64,000 bases of DNA, from contig CM069165.1 in the NCBI GenBank assembly GCA_035221665.1, positions 19,158,001 to 19,222,000 of the forward strand, read 5' to 3'. Source of the stretch: Okamejei kenojei (lineage: Eukaryota). A program made the translations under genes and the position numbers. Shown piece by piece: positions 53,801 through 63,220 of this stretch; position 1 is the stretch's first letter; each line of letters starts with the position of its first letter. The notes under the pieces were generated by a model, which ran no database searches, was not told the origin of the DNA, and saw only the letters and a list, made by a program, of their open reading frames with translations.

Positions 53801-56800
53801 AGGTGGTCCTGGGGAGCAGTTTGCTTGTCCTTGTTCACCCTGGGATTGAAACAACCACCATTAGAATCCACAAAGGCAGTGAGTGCAACTTCCAACAACT
53901 AGCTTGCTTTGTCAATTCAAGGAGTAAGTAATTAATATGATGCAGAGCAGCCAAAAGCATACTGCATGACCAAAGAATGGGTTATTAGAGGTGGGAGGAA
54001 TGAATACAGAGCAGGATAAAGTGGTGCCTAGCCACAGAAAAGGCATTTACCTTGAGATAGAGACGTCTGATGATCTGGTCAGCAGGTGGTAGTATATTCA
54101 GTCGAGGTGTTGTAAACTGAACAGGCGTTAGCCAGAGTTCACGGATCAGTACAAAACCAAAGGTCAAGAGATGGTATGTTTGGTTTGGAAGGGAAAGGGG
54201 TAAATAGAGGAGGGAGGGAGGAGGGAAAAAGAGAAGAATGTTGAGAAAAAGCAGCAGAGCTCAGTCACAGAGCGAAAGCCAGCAACAAAAATATTTATAT
54301 GTGGGTGTACAGTTGGTGAAAGGAAAATAAATCTAAAACCTTTCATCATTTGCCAAATATTACAGCAAAAACAAACTAAGAAATTAAAACACTAAAACAA
54401 TTTTTGTTTCACCAAAGGACTGCCCTCAGTATTAGTTGCTGGCTTTAGTAAAGAATATTTGGATCCAGTCTTATAACAAAGTGAACAAGGTTTTGTGTTC
54501 TAGAAATGTCACCTGCCATTGGTACCATGGAATTCTCCCAATTAAAAGTGAACTCCACTCATTAATAGGGTTGCCAAACCTCCAGGACTGTCCACCAATT
54601 TAAGATCAATTTCCTAGATGCTGCTAGTAGTAAAATCCCAGGAAGAATAAAATCATTGGGGTGTGAAAATACAACTATTCCTTTAAAAAATTGGTATGCT
54701 CAATTACAGGATCAAATTACAGGATCGGACCTGGATATAGTGACTAAAGATTAGTCAAAAATCATTCAATTGAGCAGTGGAAGTATGTTTTCCTTTCCAA
54801 AGTGGCCTTGGAAAAGTCAATCACTGATAAGATGGATATGATTTTCTTTCTTAAAAAGATGGATATGATGGGCCACTTATAGTGAGGGAATGGGAGCAGC
54901 ATAACGGAAGCAGGTGTCCATGTAATGAACCTTCTAGGAGTATGTAAAAACTAGTTGGTCAAATCAATGAGACTACATCAACACACTAGGCAAGTATAAT
55001 ATGTAATATTATACATGTATAATGGATTAATATCCAATCAGTGCTGGAAATAGATTTTTTGCATATTGCTTCACAAATCTAGCCAGTTGCAAAACCAATT
55101 TCAGGCTGTTTCCTAGGAACACAAGCCACTCTGTTGTAAGATGGACCATAATGACAGTGAAAGCACTCACAAACCTTCACAGTCAGGATCTGATTTAGCC
55201 GCAGTGCTGCTAGTGAAGTCCCAGGGAACTCCTACAGAATGTAACATAGAAACTAAGTGATTCTATCCAAGGGGCAGACAGAATCCGTTCAATACATATG
55301 GCTCAGAGAGTAGCTGTCTTTTCTCTGTCAGGTTACTGGTGGTTATCCCACTCAACAGGATGAAGCACAAACATTTACAATGCACTGAGGCTTAGTGAGA
55401 ACTGCATTGTCAGTGGTGACTTCTTTCAGATATGTTACTCGTTCGTCCTCTTGGTTGGTGTGAAAGAGCTTGTGACACTATATATTGAGGAAGAGCGATG
55501 TCCAGGCCAATTTTCATCCATCACCTCAGAAAAAAGATGATCGCTTTGCTGTTTGTGGAAGCTTGCGATATGTAATTGCAAATGCTGCCCCATTTATAAT
55601 GTTAAAAGTACTTTGTGCTCCTATTTCCTCCCACATCCCAAAGGCTGGTTTCATTACAAAAGGGTAGAAATGCAAAATGAAGGATCTCAAATATGAATAG
55701 CTTTGAAAATGATTGACCAAGATTTTTAAAAAGAATGATTTTGTTGTCCTACCCATATGCCATACCTACCCAAAACAAAGATCAGGGAGTCAGATGCATG
55801 CTTCCATTTCTATATCATCCATGTTAATGAACCAAACACAAGGGGAAGTGCAGACCCACTCTTGCAAACCAATTACTGATGCGGAACAATTTTTCCTGGG
55901 ACTTTTTGACTTAAACAGTACAATCACCACTAAATAATGAACTTGAGAGATCATCTTGAGAGAACACATTATCTATCGCTCAACCTAATTATGCGAAATT
56001 AAGCCAATCAAAACATTTTAACTAAAATACAGAATATCTTAACTCAAACAGGATGGAAAAATACAGATAGCAGAGAGGAATTTAAGGAAGATCGTCACAA
56101 GGGAATGTTTAGAATTTTGACACAGAACGGGAAGGAACTTCATGTTTTTTGACTTTGGAGAGTTTATTATCTCCATGGTGTTAGAGTAACAATTGCCTCT
56201 CCAGCACCTATTGTAATGACAAAGTTTGGGCATTTAAAAAACATACAGGAAAACTCCTAAACTTAATACTGCTAAGTTATTAAAAAAAAAATAGAAAAAG
56301 CTTCATGCAGCATTTCTTAGATTGCATTGTTACTGTGAGGGCGACAGGACAGATTCTGACTGCTTGGGTTCAGTAAGATCTTTCCCTCCAACACCATTCT
56401 CCTTCTCTATTTCTATATCCCTTGATTTCTCTCAATAGCTAAAGAATTATTGATCTCCTCCATGGGATGACCAGGAAAGGACATGAAAGCGAGATGCAAA
56501 ATTGATGTTCCTGGAAAGTGATTGAGCCAACACATTGATAAATGTTGCCAAATGCAACCTTTACACAAATAACTTATTTGGAAGCATGCTTCAGAAACTC
56601 AACCATCCATGTTAATGGTCAAAGCACAATGAGAAATATGGCCCTCCCCCCTCAAAAAGAGATTGCTAGGAAATTGACTGCTGTTCCATTCCACATATCT
56701 ATAAATATTGGAACATGAACGATGAGGATCCACGCAATTGTGCAACAGCAAGTTTAAAATATGTTTTTTAAACCAGATCGATTCTTGGGAGGGCGGGTTT

Positions 56801-59800
56801 ATGAGGTGAGAGCAAACAGACTGGATCTCCACTGCTTAAGAGTTTAGCAGGATGAGAGGTGACCTCATTGAAATGTACAGAATTCTTCAGCAGCTTTGCA
56901 ACCTCGATGCAGAGTCAGTTTCTCCTCATTGGTAACTGGAGCCAGCGATCACATTCTCATAATAAGGGGTTAGCCATTGAAGAGAGGGAAGAGAAGACAT
57001 TTCTTCACCCAGTGGGTGGTGACATTTTGAAATTCTCCACCAGAGATGACTATGGAGAATCAGTCATTGTGAACTGCATATTCAAGGCAGAGATCTATGG
57101 GATTTTAGATACTAAAGGAATCAAATGATGTGGGACTAGTGAGGGAAAGTGTTGCTTTAAAAGTTTAAATATTCTTATTGAGCAGATACAAACGGCGAGT
57201 GGCTCACTCCTTCTGTTTCCTATCTCATGTTCCTCTATAAGTATTTCAAGTCTTGACCTGAAACATCACCTTTCCATGCTCTCCAAAGATGTGAGCTGAC
57301 CTGCTGAGTTACTCCAGCACTTTGTGCCTTTTTTGTTTGTAAACCAGCATTTGTACGTCCTTATGTCTATATTCATGGGAACAGTCATCGTCACTGCATC
57401 AATTATGGAATAGGAGTCAGAATTATGGCCTTGAATGGTCACTATTCTAAGGCATTGTAAAACAAAAGTATGACAAATTCATTCCACAGTGTGTACTAAA
57501 CAAATCCACTTTTAACTGCTTTACATTCCCTTGAGATAAAAAAAGCAACAATCTACTCCTGTGAACAGAAGTTCTACAATCTTTGTTATCAAAGCAGCCA
57601 GACATGCCAAGGATTTTGCAATCTGGGGCTAATTTAGACGACTTTCTAGATGTCCTGGTAATAGGTCTGTACAGGATCATGAGATGTGATACAATTCTTT
57701 TGGCTATCAAACAATCTATGATGTAGCGTTCTGAAAAGACTGCTGATTTTGGTTCATCTACGAGAGCTGAGATGAGCAATAAACAGCTCATTTATGAATA
57801 ATGGAGGGATGGTTCCAACAGATAAAATATTAAATTGCTTAGATAATAAACATTTATAAGTTCTGATAATATTTTTATCTGTCACGTTAGTACAAACCTA
57901 GAAGTAAATATGTTTGGTGAACATTGCAAAAAATATTACCAGTCATACTAAATAAGAGGGTTTCCAATAATAACAATTAGTTAAATAACAATGGGAAAAG
58001 ATAACATTCAACGTTTAATTATTGTTTCAAGATTGGTAGTGCTATTTCATTTAAAAACCCGAAGGAATCTTTTCAGTTTGTAATTGTAGTTTGGAGACCA
58101 GTGTTAACGCAACCTTCCGTTTTAACGTCAGTAATAATCTCAAAGCAGCATATAGTTTAATTCCTCACCAGCCACCAATAAAGTGAAATGATTATGTCAA
58201 GCCCATTTAGGAAAGGGGACTGAGAACATGGAGACTCTTCTGTCACAGATGAACATGGCTGCCGGACATTAAGTTAGATTTGAGATTCAGTTTTAATCAA
58301 TTCCCATAAGGATGATTAAACAAATTGAAGTCAAGAGGTATACAGCTACCAGGCAGTTTCCGTATCAGATACCCAGACCTACATTATTTTATACCATGGT
58401 TTGACAAACTGTATAACTGGAATTAGCAAAAATTGGTAGGGCAGGATGATAACAGTACAGGTTGTTAGGGAGTAAAAGAAAAATAATGGCCAATATCAGG
58501 GCTGTAGGAAAATCTAAATCAAGACAGGAAAATCTGAATATTTCTTTATTTGGATTTGTAAATGGAATGTTGATAAGTCCTGACCCTGCAAAAATAGTCA
58601 TTATTTTCCATTGTGCACTGTGTACTGTGGAAATGAGAATGCTGAGTGTTGAAACATGCTGCAGATTGTTTAATTGTTTATTATATGGACATGCCAACAC
58701 CAGTGTGAGATGGCTATGTTCTCCAGATCCATATAGTAGATGTGATCACTAGTGGGATGCTAGTATCAAAATGTAACCAGTATTGGGGGCTCTGGATTGA
58801 TTTTACTAAACTAATTAATTATTTTAATGATCGCCAACGGCTTTTACTAAGATTGAAAATAATCACAATGTGAGAAAAACGCAGTAAATGTTATCAGTTA
58901 AACTGGCATTTCAATACTAAAAGTGAGTCAAATTGAATTATGGAGAAAATTAATTCAGAAAATGTTAAATCAAAGGGAATAGATGGAATGAAACACCATT
59001 AATTACATCCTTGAACCGTTAAAATGAAAATTATAACCATATTTAAGGACTAACTTTGCCCGATGGAATGGCAATGTCAGTACTTCATAATATAATTTAC
59101 ATTATACCTCTACAGCAATGGAAAAAAGTTATAAAATGTTATAAAGCATTATGGCCTGTGGATAGGCCATTCACCTCAATTGATTCCCCCTTGCTAGAGA
59201 ATATATAAACTCAATATATGCCCTTTTACGCACGTGACTACGAAAACAAACTTTTAAAGAAAGATTACTTACAGTCAATGCTGAATCTCCACGTTGACCC
59301 TAGAAAATGACAGAATAATCAGATTTGAGTTTGCGTTTAGTTTATTATTATGTGTACCGATTAACAGTGACATGTTTTTGTTGTGTGCTAACCAGTCAGC
59401 GGAAAGACAATACATTGATTACAATCGAGCCGTTCGCAGTGTACAGATACATGATAAAGGGAATAACTTGAATCATGTTCAGTGTAAAATAAAGCCAGTA
59501 AAGTCCGATCAAAAATAGTCTGAGAGTCTTCAGTGAGGTAGATAGTAGTTCAGGACTGCTCTCTAGTTGTGGCAGGATGGTTCAGTTGTCTTATAACAGT
59601 TGGGAAGAAACTGTGTCCCTGAATCTGGAGGTGTGCGCTTTCACACTTCCATACCTTTTGCCCGATGGGAATGTCAATTCCCGATGGGAAAAGCCCGATG
59701 GAATGGCAATGTCAGTACTTCATAATATAATTTACATTATACCTCTACAGCAATGGAAAAAAGTTATAAAATGTTATAAAGCATTATGGCCTGTGGATAG

Positions 59801-60478
59801 GCCCTTCACCTCAATTGATTCACTTTGCTATCTTTGCTTCATATATAATGCTAGAATCGAGTATTGACATCTTCCAAACTCAAACTTTAACTTTTTCTCA
59901 ACACTCTCCACTATATCCACTTTCACATCTTTATCGAGTTAAATATGAACATTTTAATGAACGTGAAAATTAGAAAGTCACAGACATACAGTGCAGTTGC
60001 AAGGCCCTTCAGCCCACTGAGTATATGCCAGCCATCAAACACTCACTGATACCCATATCCACTACTGCCTGATGCAGAGACCTGTAACACTGCTTTAATT
60101 TTCAATGGCAGCCTCCATCAAAATGATGTGGGTTGACCCGTGGTCGATGAGAGCATGGGGGGGTGGTAGAACAACGTGCTTTGTGCCTTTGTCAGCGCCG
60201 TGGGTAGCCACTATTTGTATACATTGGGTATACAAGCAAAGACATTTGCATATCACTGTACCTTAATTGGTAGACGTGACAATGAAATACCTTTGAAACC
60301 TTTGAATTTCACTGTGCCTTGTCACATGTGACAATAAAGTCTTCCATTCCATTTCACTGATAAGACTCACAGATGGGATTTGTACAGTAACACTGATACT
60401 ACAGGAAACTAGGGAAAATAGTTGTAAAGCTACATTAAAAATACGTCTCACCTTGTCTCCTTTTGGACCATGTAGACC
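3347..60478 (-). CDS. COL13A1: MACIT collagen gene, collagen type XIII alpha 1-like; internal part only (26 exons found, 1431 nt, 477 aa)
   Basis: Exons spliced by hand, all with AG/GT boundaries and phase 0, joining into Gly-X-Y domains interrupted by NC2 ([41 protein letters not shown]) and NC3 ([15 protein letters not shown]). Segments [38 protein letters not shown] and [12 protein letters not shown] match COL13A1 as I recall it, better than COL23A1 or COL25A1. Confidence 0.85.
6264..6299 (-). CDS. COL13A1: Exon, 36 nt, [12 protein letters not shown]
   Basis: ccgtccag|GGT...CTG|gtgagt. Confidence 0.92.
6819..6867. repeat. (CA)n microsatellite
   Basis: About 24 CA units with one interruption. 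Confidence 0.97.
7779..8492 (-). mobile_element. HE1-like tRNA-derived V-SINE split by a CR1 insertion
   Basis: (TTTAG)n tail and ggaaacaggccc at 7779-7920; body resumes at about 8306 and runs to the tRNA-like head at 8492. Confidence 0.8.
7921..8305 (+). mobile_element. 5'-truncated CR1/HER1-like LINE 3' end
   Basis: Encodes the CR1 ORF2 C-terminus RTRGHSLRI...[17 protein letters not shown]; ends in a (CTATGTTT)-like tail. Confidence 0.9.
9084..9146 (-). CDS. COL13A1: Exon, 63 nt, [21 protein letters not shown]
   Basis: tgatgtag|GGC...CCT|gtaagt. Confidence 0.94.
10097..10123 (-). CDS. COL13A1: Exon, 27 nt, GPHGFSGTK
   Basis: ctgcccag|GGT...AAG|gtaatt. Confidence 0.9.
11092..11142 (-). 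CDS. COL13A1: Exon, 51 nt, [17 protein letters not shown]
   Basis: ttttgcag|GTT...AAG|gtaatc. Confidence 0.94.
12308..12630 (+). mobile_element. HE1-like V-SINE, full length
   Basis: A box TGGCGCAGCTGG, B box GGTTCGATCC, V-domain tttgcacgttctccc...gtttcctccggg, ctaaa tail. Confidence 0.85.
12852..12950 (-). CDS. COL13A1: Exon, 99 nt, [33 protein letters not shown]
   Basis: gtgtttag|GGT...ACT|gtgagt. Confidence 0.94.
13327..13470 (-). CDS. COL13A1: Exon, 144 nt, [48 protein letters not shown]
   Basis: tcactcag|GGC...CCC|gtgagt; preceded by a 130-nt intron. Confidence 0.95.
13601..13645 (-). CDS. COL13A1: Exon, 45 nt, [15 protein letters not shown]
   Basis: ttttatag|GGT...AAG|gtaata. Confidence 0.94.
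13734..14003 (+). mobile_element. HE1-like V-SINE
   Basis: TGGCGCAGGGTAG...GGTTCGATC head; gaagggcctgttt...ctaaactaaa tail. Confidence 0.85.
14005..14150. mobile_element. Penelope-derived short element with hammerhead-like core (14059-14086)
   Basis: CTGAAGA-TGAGTCCTGACCC-GAAA-CGTC followed by ctgagttactccagcattttgtgtc. Confidence 0.65.
14590..14936. mobile_element. Palindromic MITE (Harbinger-like termini) inserted in a Rex1-like 3' tail
   Basis: TIRs ATGCCCCTGTCCCACTTAGGAAAC.../...GTTTCCTAAGTGGGACAGGGGCAT, over 50 bp; TA on both flanks; internal poly-G. Confidence 0.88.
15035..15079 (-). CDS. COL13A1: Exon, 45 nt, [15 protein letters not shown] (COL3)
   Basis: atgtttag|GGA...AAG|gtatgt. 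Confidence 0.93.
15335..15690 (-). mobile_element. DeuSINE (SacSINE1/AmnSINE1-like), diverged; further remnants at about 17800-18025 (+), 37340-37720 (-) and 55360-55620 (+)
   Basis: Minus strand reads ggttcaag...ctgagggagtgctgtactg...gggaccttgccgtgcacaaaatggctgcc, the Deu-domain pattern as I recall it. Confidence 0.7.
16151..16228 (-). CDS. COL13A1: Exon, 78 nt, [26 protein letters not shown] (COL2 end and NC3)
   Basis: ttctgtag|GGC...CAG|gtacac; [11 protein letters not shown] is the MACIT NC3 signature in its COL13A1 form. Confidence 0.95.
16630..16835. repeat. Degenerate (TG/TA)n low-complexity tract
   Basis: Alternating purine-pyrimidine run. Confidence 0.8.
16989..17015 (-). CDS. COL13A1: Exon, 27 nt, GELGERGVQ
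   Basis: tcttgcag|GGT...CAG|gtgagt. Confidence 0.9.
18131..18217 (-). CDS. COL13A1: Exon, 87 nt, [29 protein letters not shown] (contains a Gly-X-Y imperfection)
   Basis: ttaaacag|GGG...AAG|gtgggt. Confidence 0.93.
18969..19402 (-). mobile_element. HE1-like V-SINE interrupted by a Penelope-derived insert (19001-19143)
   Basis: GCGGAAACAG is duplicated at 18991-19000 and 19144-19153 around the insert. Confidence 0.82.
19823..19867 (-). CDS. COL13A1: Exon, 45 nt, [15 protein letters not shown]
   Basis: ttgtacag|GGT...AAA|gtaagt. Confidence 0.92.
22085..22670 (-). mobile_element. Degenerate Penelope-like retroelement (RT C-terminus plus GIY-YIG endonuclease remnant)
   Basis: Minus frames read ...[21 protein letters not shown]..., ...[18 protein letters not shown]... 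and [16 protein letters not shown], typical of PLE RT thumb and GIY-YIG. Confidence 0.78.
22788..22841 (-). CDS. COL13A1: Exon, 54 nt, [18 protein letters not shown]
   Basis: atgcttag|GGG...AGG|gtagga. Confidence 0.92.
23048..23243. mobile_element. Palindromic Penelope-derived short element; similar copies at about 23860-23992, 24250-24380, 24905-25027, 28665-28790, 31125-31218, 31257-31386, 34618-34703, 41560-41850, 42660-42870, 44995-45200, 51595-51797, 57250-57360 and 63650-63800
   Basis: Arms gctggagtaactcagcgggacaggcagcatctctggaga / tctccggagatgctgtctgtcccgctgagttactccagc flank ctgaagatgggtctcgacc. Confidence 0.7.
24571..24606 (-). CDS. COL13A1: Exon, 36 nt, [12 protein letters not shown]
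   Basis: ggacacag|GGA...AAG|gtgaac. Confidence 0.9.
25336..25614 (-). mobile_element. HE1-like V-SINE, diverged; further copies at about 29534-29827 (-), 34356-34578 (+), 43612-43900 (-), 49423-49690 (+) and 52190-52450 (+)
   Basis: Shared tttag tail, aaacaggccc, ccaattaa.ctacaaac and tgtgggaggaaac motifs. Confidence 0.75.
26059..26103 (-). CDS. COL13A1: Exon, 45 nt, [15 protein letters not shown]
   Basis: cttcatag|GGA...AAG|gtattc. Confidence 0.92.
27050..27600. repeat. Highly decayed ~24-27-bp minisatellite
   Basis: Recurring CCCAYCTCCAGCTGAACA..GGGTA-like units. Confidence 0.55.
27665..27968 (+). mobile_element. Rex1/L2-like LINE 3' end; related copies at 34122-34353 (-) and 59325-59670 (-)
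   Basis: atcaggcaactgaa...aaaagcttttcactgtacctcggtacatgtgacaataaactaaac. Confidence 0.75.
29222..29240 (+). promoter_or_regulatory. Candidate CTCF site
   Basis: tgaCCACCAGGGGGCAGca matches the CCASYAGRKGGCRS consensus. Confidence 0.5.
30450..31840 (+). mobile_element. Old, heavily degenerate CR1-like ORF2 remnant with nested Penelope-derived inserts
   Basis: Traces of ...YINDV...SKFADD..., gttcagttctggtcacctca and the CR1 3' region. Confidence 0.65.
32043..33020 (+). mobile_element. 5'-truncated Rex1/Babar-like non-LTR retrotransposon (RT domains 4-7 plus C-terminus)
   Basis: [45 protein letters not shown]; stop at 32846; 3' UTR, aataaa and (TGACTT)n tail. Confidence 0.92.
33021..33261 (+). 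mobile_element. Second Rex1-like 3' end in tandem
   Basis: Repeats ggttcaggaa.agct.cttccccacagccatcaggctattaaac and ends in (CTTGA)n. Confidence 0.85.
33280..33298 (+). promoter_or_regulatory. Candidate CTCF site
   Basis: CCAGTAGATGGCGCT matches the consensus. Confidence 0.5.
35645..36129. mobile_element. Non-autonomous hAT (Charlie-like) element
   Basis: TIRs CAGGGGTCGGCAACC / GGTTGCCGACTCCCG; 8-bp TSD AGGTAAAT (35637-35644) / AGGTAAAG (36130-36137). Confidence 0.85.
36919..37105. mobile_element. GC-rich MITE with GGG.CTGTCCCAC-type termini
   Basis: gggactgtcccacgtggccgtca is the imperfect reverse complement of tgacggccaaagtggggcactccc. Confidence 0.7.
38825..38869 (-). CDS. COL13A1: Exon, 45 nt, [15 protein letters not shown]
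   Basis: acacacag|GGA...AAG|gtagtt. Confidence 0.92.
40570..40596 (-). CDS. COL13A1: Exon, 27 nt, GDQGEVGQK
   Basis: attaacag|GGA...AAG|gtaata. Confidence 0.9.
41000..41062 (-). CDS. COL13A1: Exon, 63 nt, [21 protein letters not shown]
   Basis: tccctcag|GGT...AAG|gtaaat. Confidence 0.94.
43140..43550 (-). mobile_element. CR1/HER1-like LINE 3' fragment; others at about 10270-10650 (+), 35410-36350 (+, split), 37110-37262 (+), 38000-38250 (-), 56800-57235 (+) and 60800-61000 (-)
   Basis: (AGTCATAG)n tail and reverse-complement CR1 ORF2 3' motifs. Confidence 0.75.
45885..46135. repeat. Pyrimidine-rich low-complexity tract
   Basis: C/T-biased run on the + strand. Confidence 0.8.
48380..48433 (-). 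CDS. COL13A1: Exon, 54 nt, [18 protein letters not shown]
   Basis: tgtatcag|GGG...AAG|gttgga. Confidence 0.93.
51842..51886 (-). CDS. COL13A1: Exon, 45 nt, [15 protein letters not shown]
   Basis: atttccag|GGA...AAG|gtgggt. Confidence 0.92.
53738..53839 (-). CDS. COL13A1: Exon, 102 nt, [34 protein letters not shown] (start of COL2)
   Basis: aatcccag|GGT...CCA|gtaagt. Confidence 0.95.
54051..54116 (-). CDS. COL13A1: NC2 exon, 66 nt, [22 protein letters not shown]
   Basis: ctgttcag|TTT...AAG|gtaaat; resembles the I(K/I)RR-containing NC2 segment of COL13A1/COL25A1. Confidence 0.85.
55175..55231 (-). CDS. COL13A1: NC2 exon, 57 nt, [19 protein letters not shown]
   Basis: ttctgtag|GAG...AAG|gtttgt; same length and AALR core as the mammalian COL13A1 NC2 exon (recalled). 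Confidence 0.8.
59058..59821. repeat. 129-bp direct repeat pair (59058-59186 and 59693-59821)
   Basis: Identical except for one substitution (ggccattc / ggcccttc). Confidence 0.93.
59273..59299 (-). CDS. COL13A1: Collagen exon, 27 nt, GQRGDSALT (COL1/NC2 junction)
   Basis: ttttctag|GGT...ACT|gtaagt. Confidence 0.85.
60452..60478 (-). CDS. COL13A1: Collagen exon, 27 nt, GLHGPKGDK (end of COL1)
   Basis: ttgcacag|GGT...AAG|gtgaga. Confidence 0.9.
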
Positions 60479-62859
60479 CTGTGCAAACATAAACAGTGAG
60501 CCATATCCAAAACCACCTCACTATATCAAAATTACATCTTTAAAGTTCAACTCAGCATTACATGATTATAAAGAATGGAACTTAAGAATTCAGAACATAA
60601 ATACATATCTTATGATATCTTGTTTTATATTTACAATAATGGAATATATTGACATTGACCTAGAGTGTCTCTGTTAGACATCTCATCATAACCAACGGCA
60701 AACAGCAAAACCTCAAGTAATATTCAGTACAGTGAAGACTTAAGTAATAAAATGAAGCTCATGCAAATATATATATTAATGCCAGCAAAAAAATTAATGC
60801 CTCAAAAATATCCATTGACTTGGCCTACACAGTAGTCTATGGCAATGAATTCCACAGATTCACCAGCCTCTGACTAAAGAAATTCCTCCTCATCTCCATT
60901 CTAAAAGTACATCCTCTTATTCTGAAGCTATGGGCTCTGGTCCTAGACTATCACACTCGTGGAAACATCCTCTCCACGTTCACTCTATCCAGGCCTTTCT
61001 TTTGGGTGATTAGTGGACTGACGTTGGTGAATAAAACTCTACACAGCTTGTTTAGTGTTCTGGGTGAGCATTGGAGTTGTGCTGTGAATCTGCATAATGC
61101 TTAGGCCGTGTGTGAGGCTGCCCTGATTATGTTACGGCACAGTTTTAAACAGGAAGGTAACATGCGTTACCTCTCGTCAGGAAAGTTATCTTCCGTGGAC
61201 GATTGAGTAAATTGTGCTTGTAGCAGACAGAAATGCCAAACAGATCAGAATCCTTGAAATCCAGAAACACAAGAAAAGGCACCTTTGTATTTCTTTAGGG
61301 AAGTGTTAGATACAGTGCTACTCGAAGAAATACATAAGCAAACCTTCTCTTAATACTATGAGTGGGTTATTCTTTGCCATTGAATCTGTTGCCATCTATT
61401 CAGTTGATCATTTCCTTCTCCTTTCCCATCAATCCAAGATTCCTGCAACCCCTAACAGTAACCTCACATCTTTCTCTACTTTCTCCCACTCCCTTTGATC
61501 CTCCAGCAGTAGTTCTTGGAAGAACATTTATTCTCCCCTCGTGTCATTTTTCCCATCTGTTCCTGTTCTTATAAAACCTTTCACTCACAGTCTTCTTTCT
61601 AGTAACTTAGCGGACAGTAATTGACTATTTAATTCCTCGTGTTTAAAAGAAATTTGATCCGTTGGGCAGCTGAACTGGCCTCCGACAAAAGAAGCAAAAA
61701 TAAATAGTATTAGTTAGAACAGCAGTCCTGAGCCAGCATTATAAATACACTCAAACACAAAAAAACCCTCAAAACCAGTCCCCTCAGGAGCCATACAACA
61801 CGTTCAAATTAGGCTGAAAGATTAAACTGTTCCATCCCCATAATTATGCAATCATTACAATAGATTTGAAAGGATTGAATGGCAATATTAAAGCTGGAGT
61901 AAGGAGTTCGAAAAAGTAATCCAATGAACTTGCAATGCACACTGAAACCGGACCAGAGTTAGTTTGTCCCTGTATACTATTATGCCAGTGTAAAACCTTT
62001 GATGATTAATTCAGTCAAAGCCTCCATCCAGATAGCTACCTGAGTTTCACCAATAAATATTGAACTTGGTTGTCAGAGACTGCACACTTCAAAGGCTGCC
62101 GCCTGTGTAGGTGATTTGTTTTCAGATCATGTGGCTTTCAGCATCAGTATTGTGACTTTCAGATCTTAAACTATGTTCAGGAAATAATTTTGTAGTGATG
62201 GTTGCCAAAGGCCAGGAATAATCTCATCAACCAGGAGAAGGTAATGTTTGAATAAAATGCAATCAATCCTGCTCCACATTTTCAGGGTTGGAATTGGTAA
62301 ATGTATCCACAAAGTTACACTTCATCCAATATCCTGCCCACACCATTCCCATGGCCACTCTAACTATTTAAGACCCTGTAGGTCTGATTAAACTATAGGT
62401 TTATTTATTGCAGCTGTTCCACAAAGTGGAGTCATCTATGAGCTATTGCTAGGCCTCAGGAGGTGGGATTAATTTTGTGCACAATTCCTCTTGCTATAAA
62501 CGTCAAAATGCTTCAAAAATACTTGATTGACTGTTTTGAGATGTCCTAAGGTTATTAAAGGAACTCTTGTAATGCACTACTTGCTTCCTTCCCTTGGTTA
62601 CCAGATTACCTTCCTTTGGTTATCCAACAATAAACATCACCAAAAACAGATGAAGTGGCCATTTGTCCCACTGATGTTACTGGGATTTGTCTACGAAACT
62701 GCAATTCATCAAAAGTGTGCTTCAAAATACAAATTCTCCCCCTCAGCAACTTATTTGATCATGCTAGCCTTGTTATTCCAAATGTTGGGCTTTTTTGCCT
62801 GTTGTTCCAATGCATTGCTAAACCGAACATTTCAAGAACAAACTATTTTAAAATTGGGA

Positions 62860-63188
62860 TTAGTTTAGTTTAGTTTAGAGAAACCACGTGGAAACAGGCC
62901 CTTCAGCCCACAGAGTCTGCACCAACCAGCGATCCATGCACATTAGCACTATCCTATACACACTAGAGACAATTTTACATTTTGTACCTAGCCAATTAAC
63001 CTACAAACTTGTACGTCTTTGGAGCGTGGGAGGAAACCAAAGATGTGGCAGGAAACCAAAGATCTCGGAGAACACCCACGGGGTTACGGGGAGAATGCAC
63101 AGACAGCACCCATTGTTGGGATCGAACCCGGGTCTCTGGCACTGTAAGCGTTGTAAGGGAGCAACTCTACCGCTGCGCCACAGTGCGC
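62860..63188 (-). mobile_element. HE1-like V-SINE, full length
   Basis: (TTTAG)n tail; B box (gatcgaaccc on +); A box (accgctgcgcca on +). Confidence 0.87.
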
Positions 63189-63220
63189 CCGGGATGTACT
63201 GGAAGAATAGCAAAAATGAC

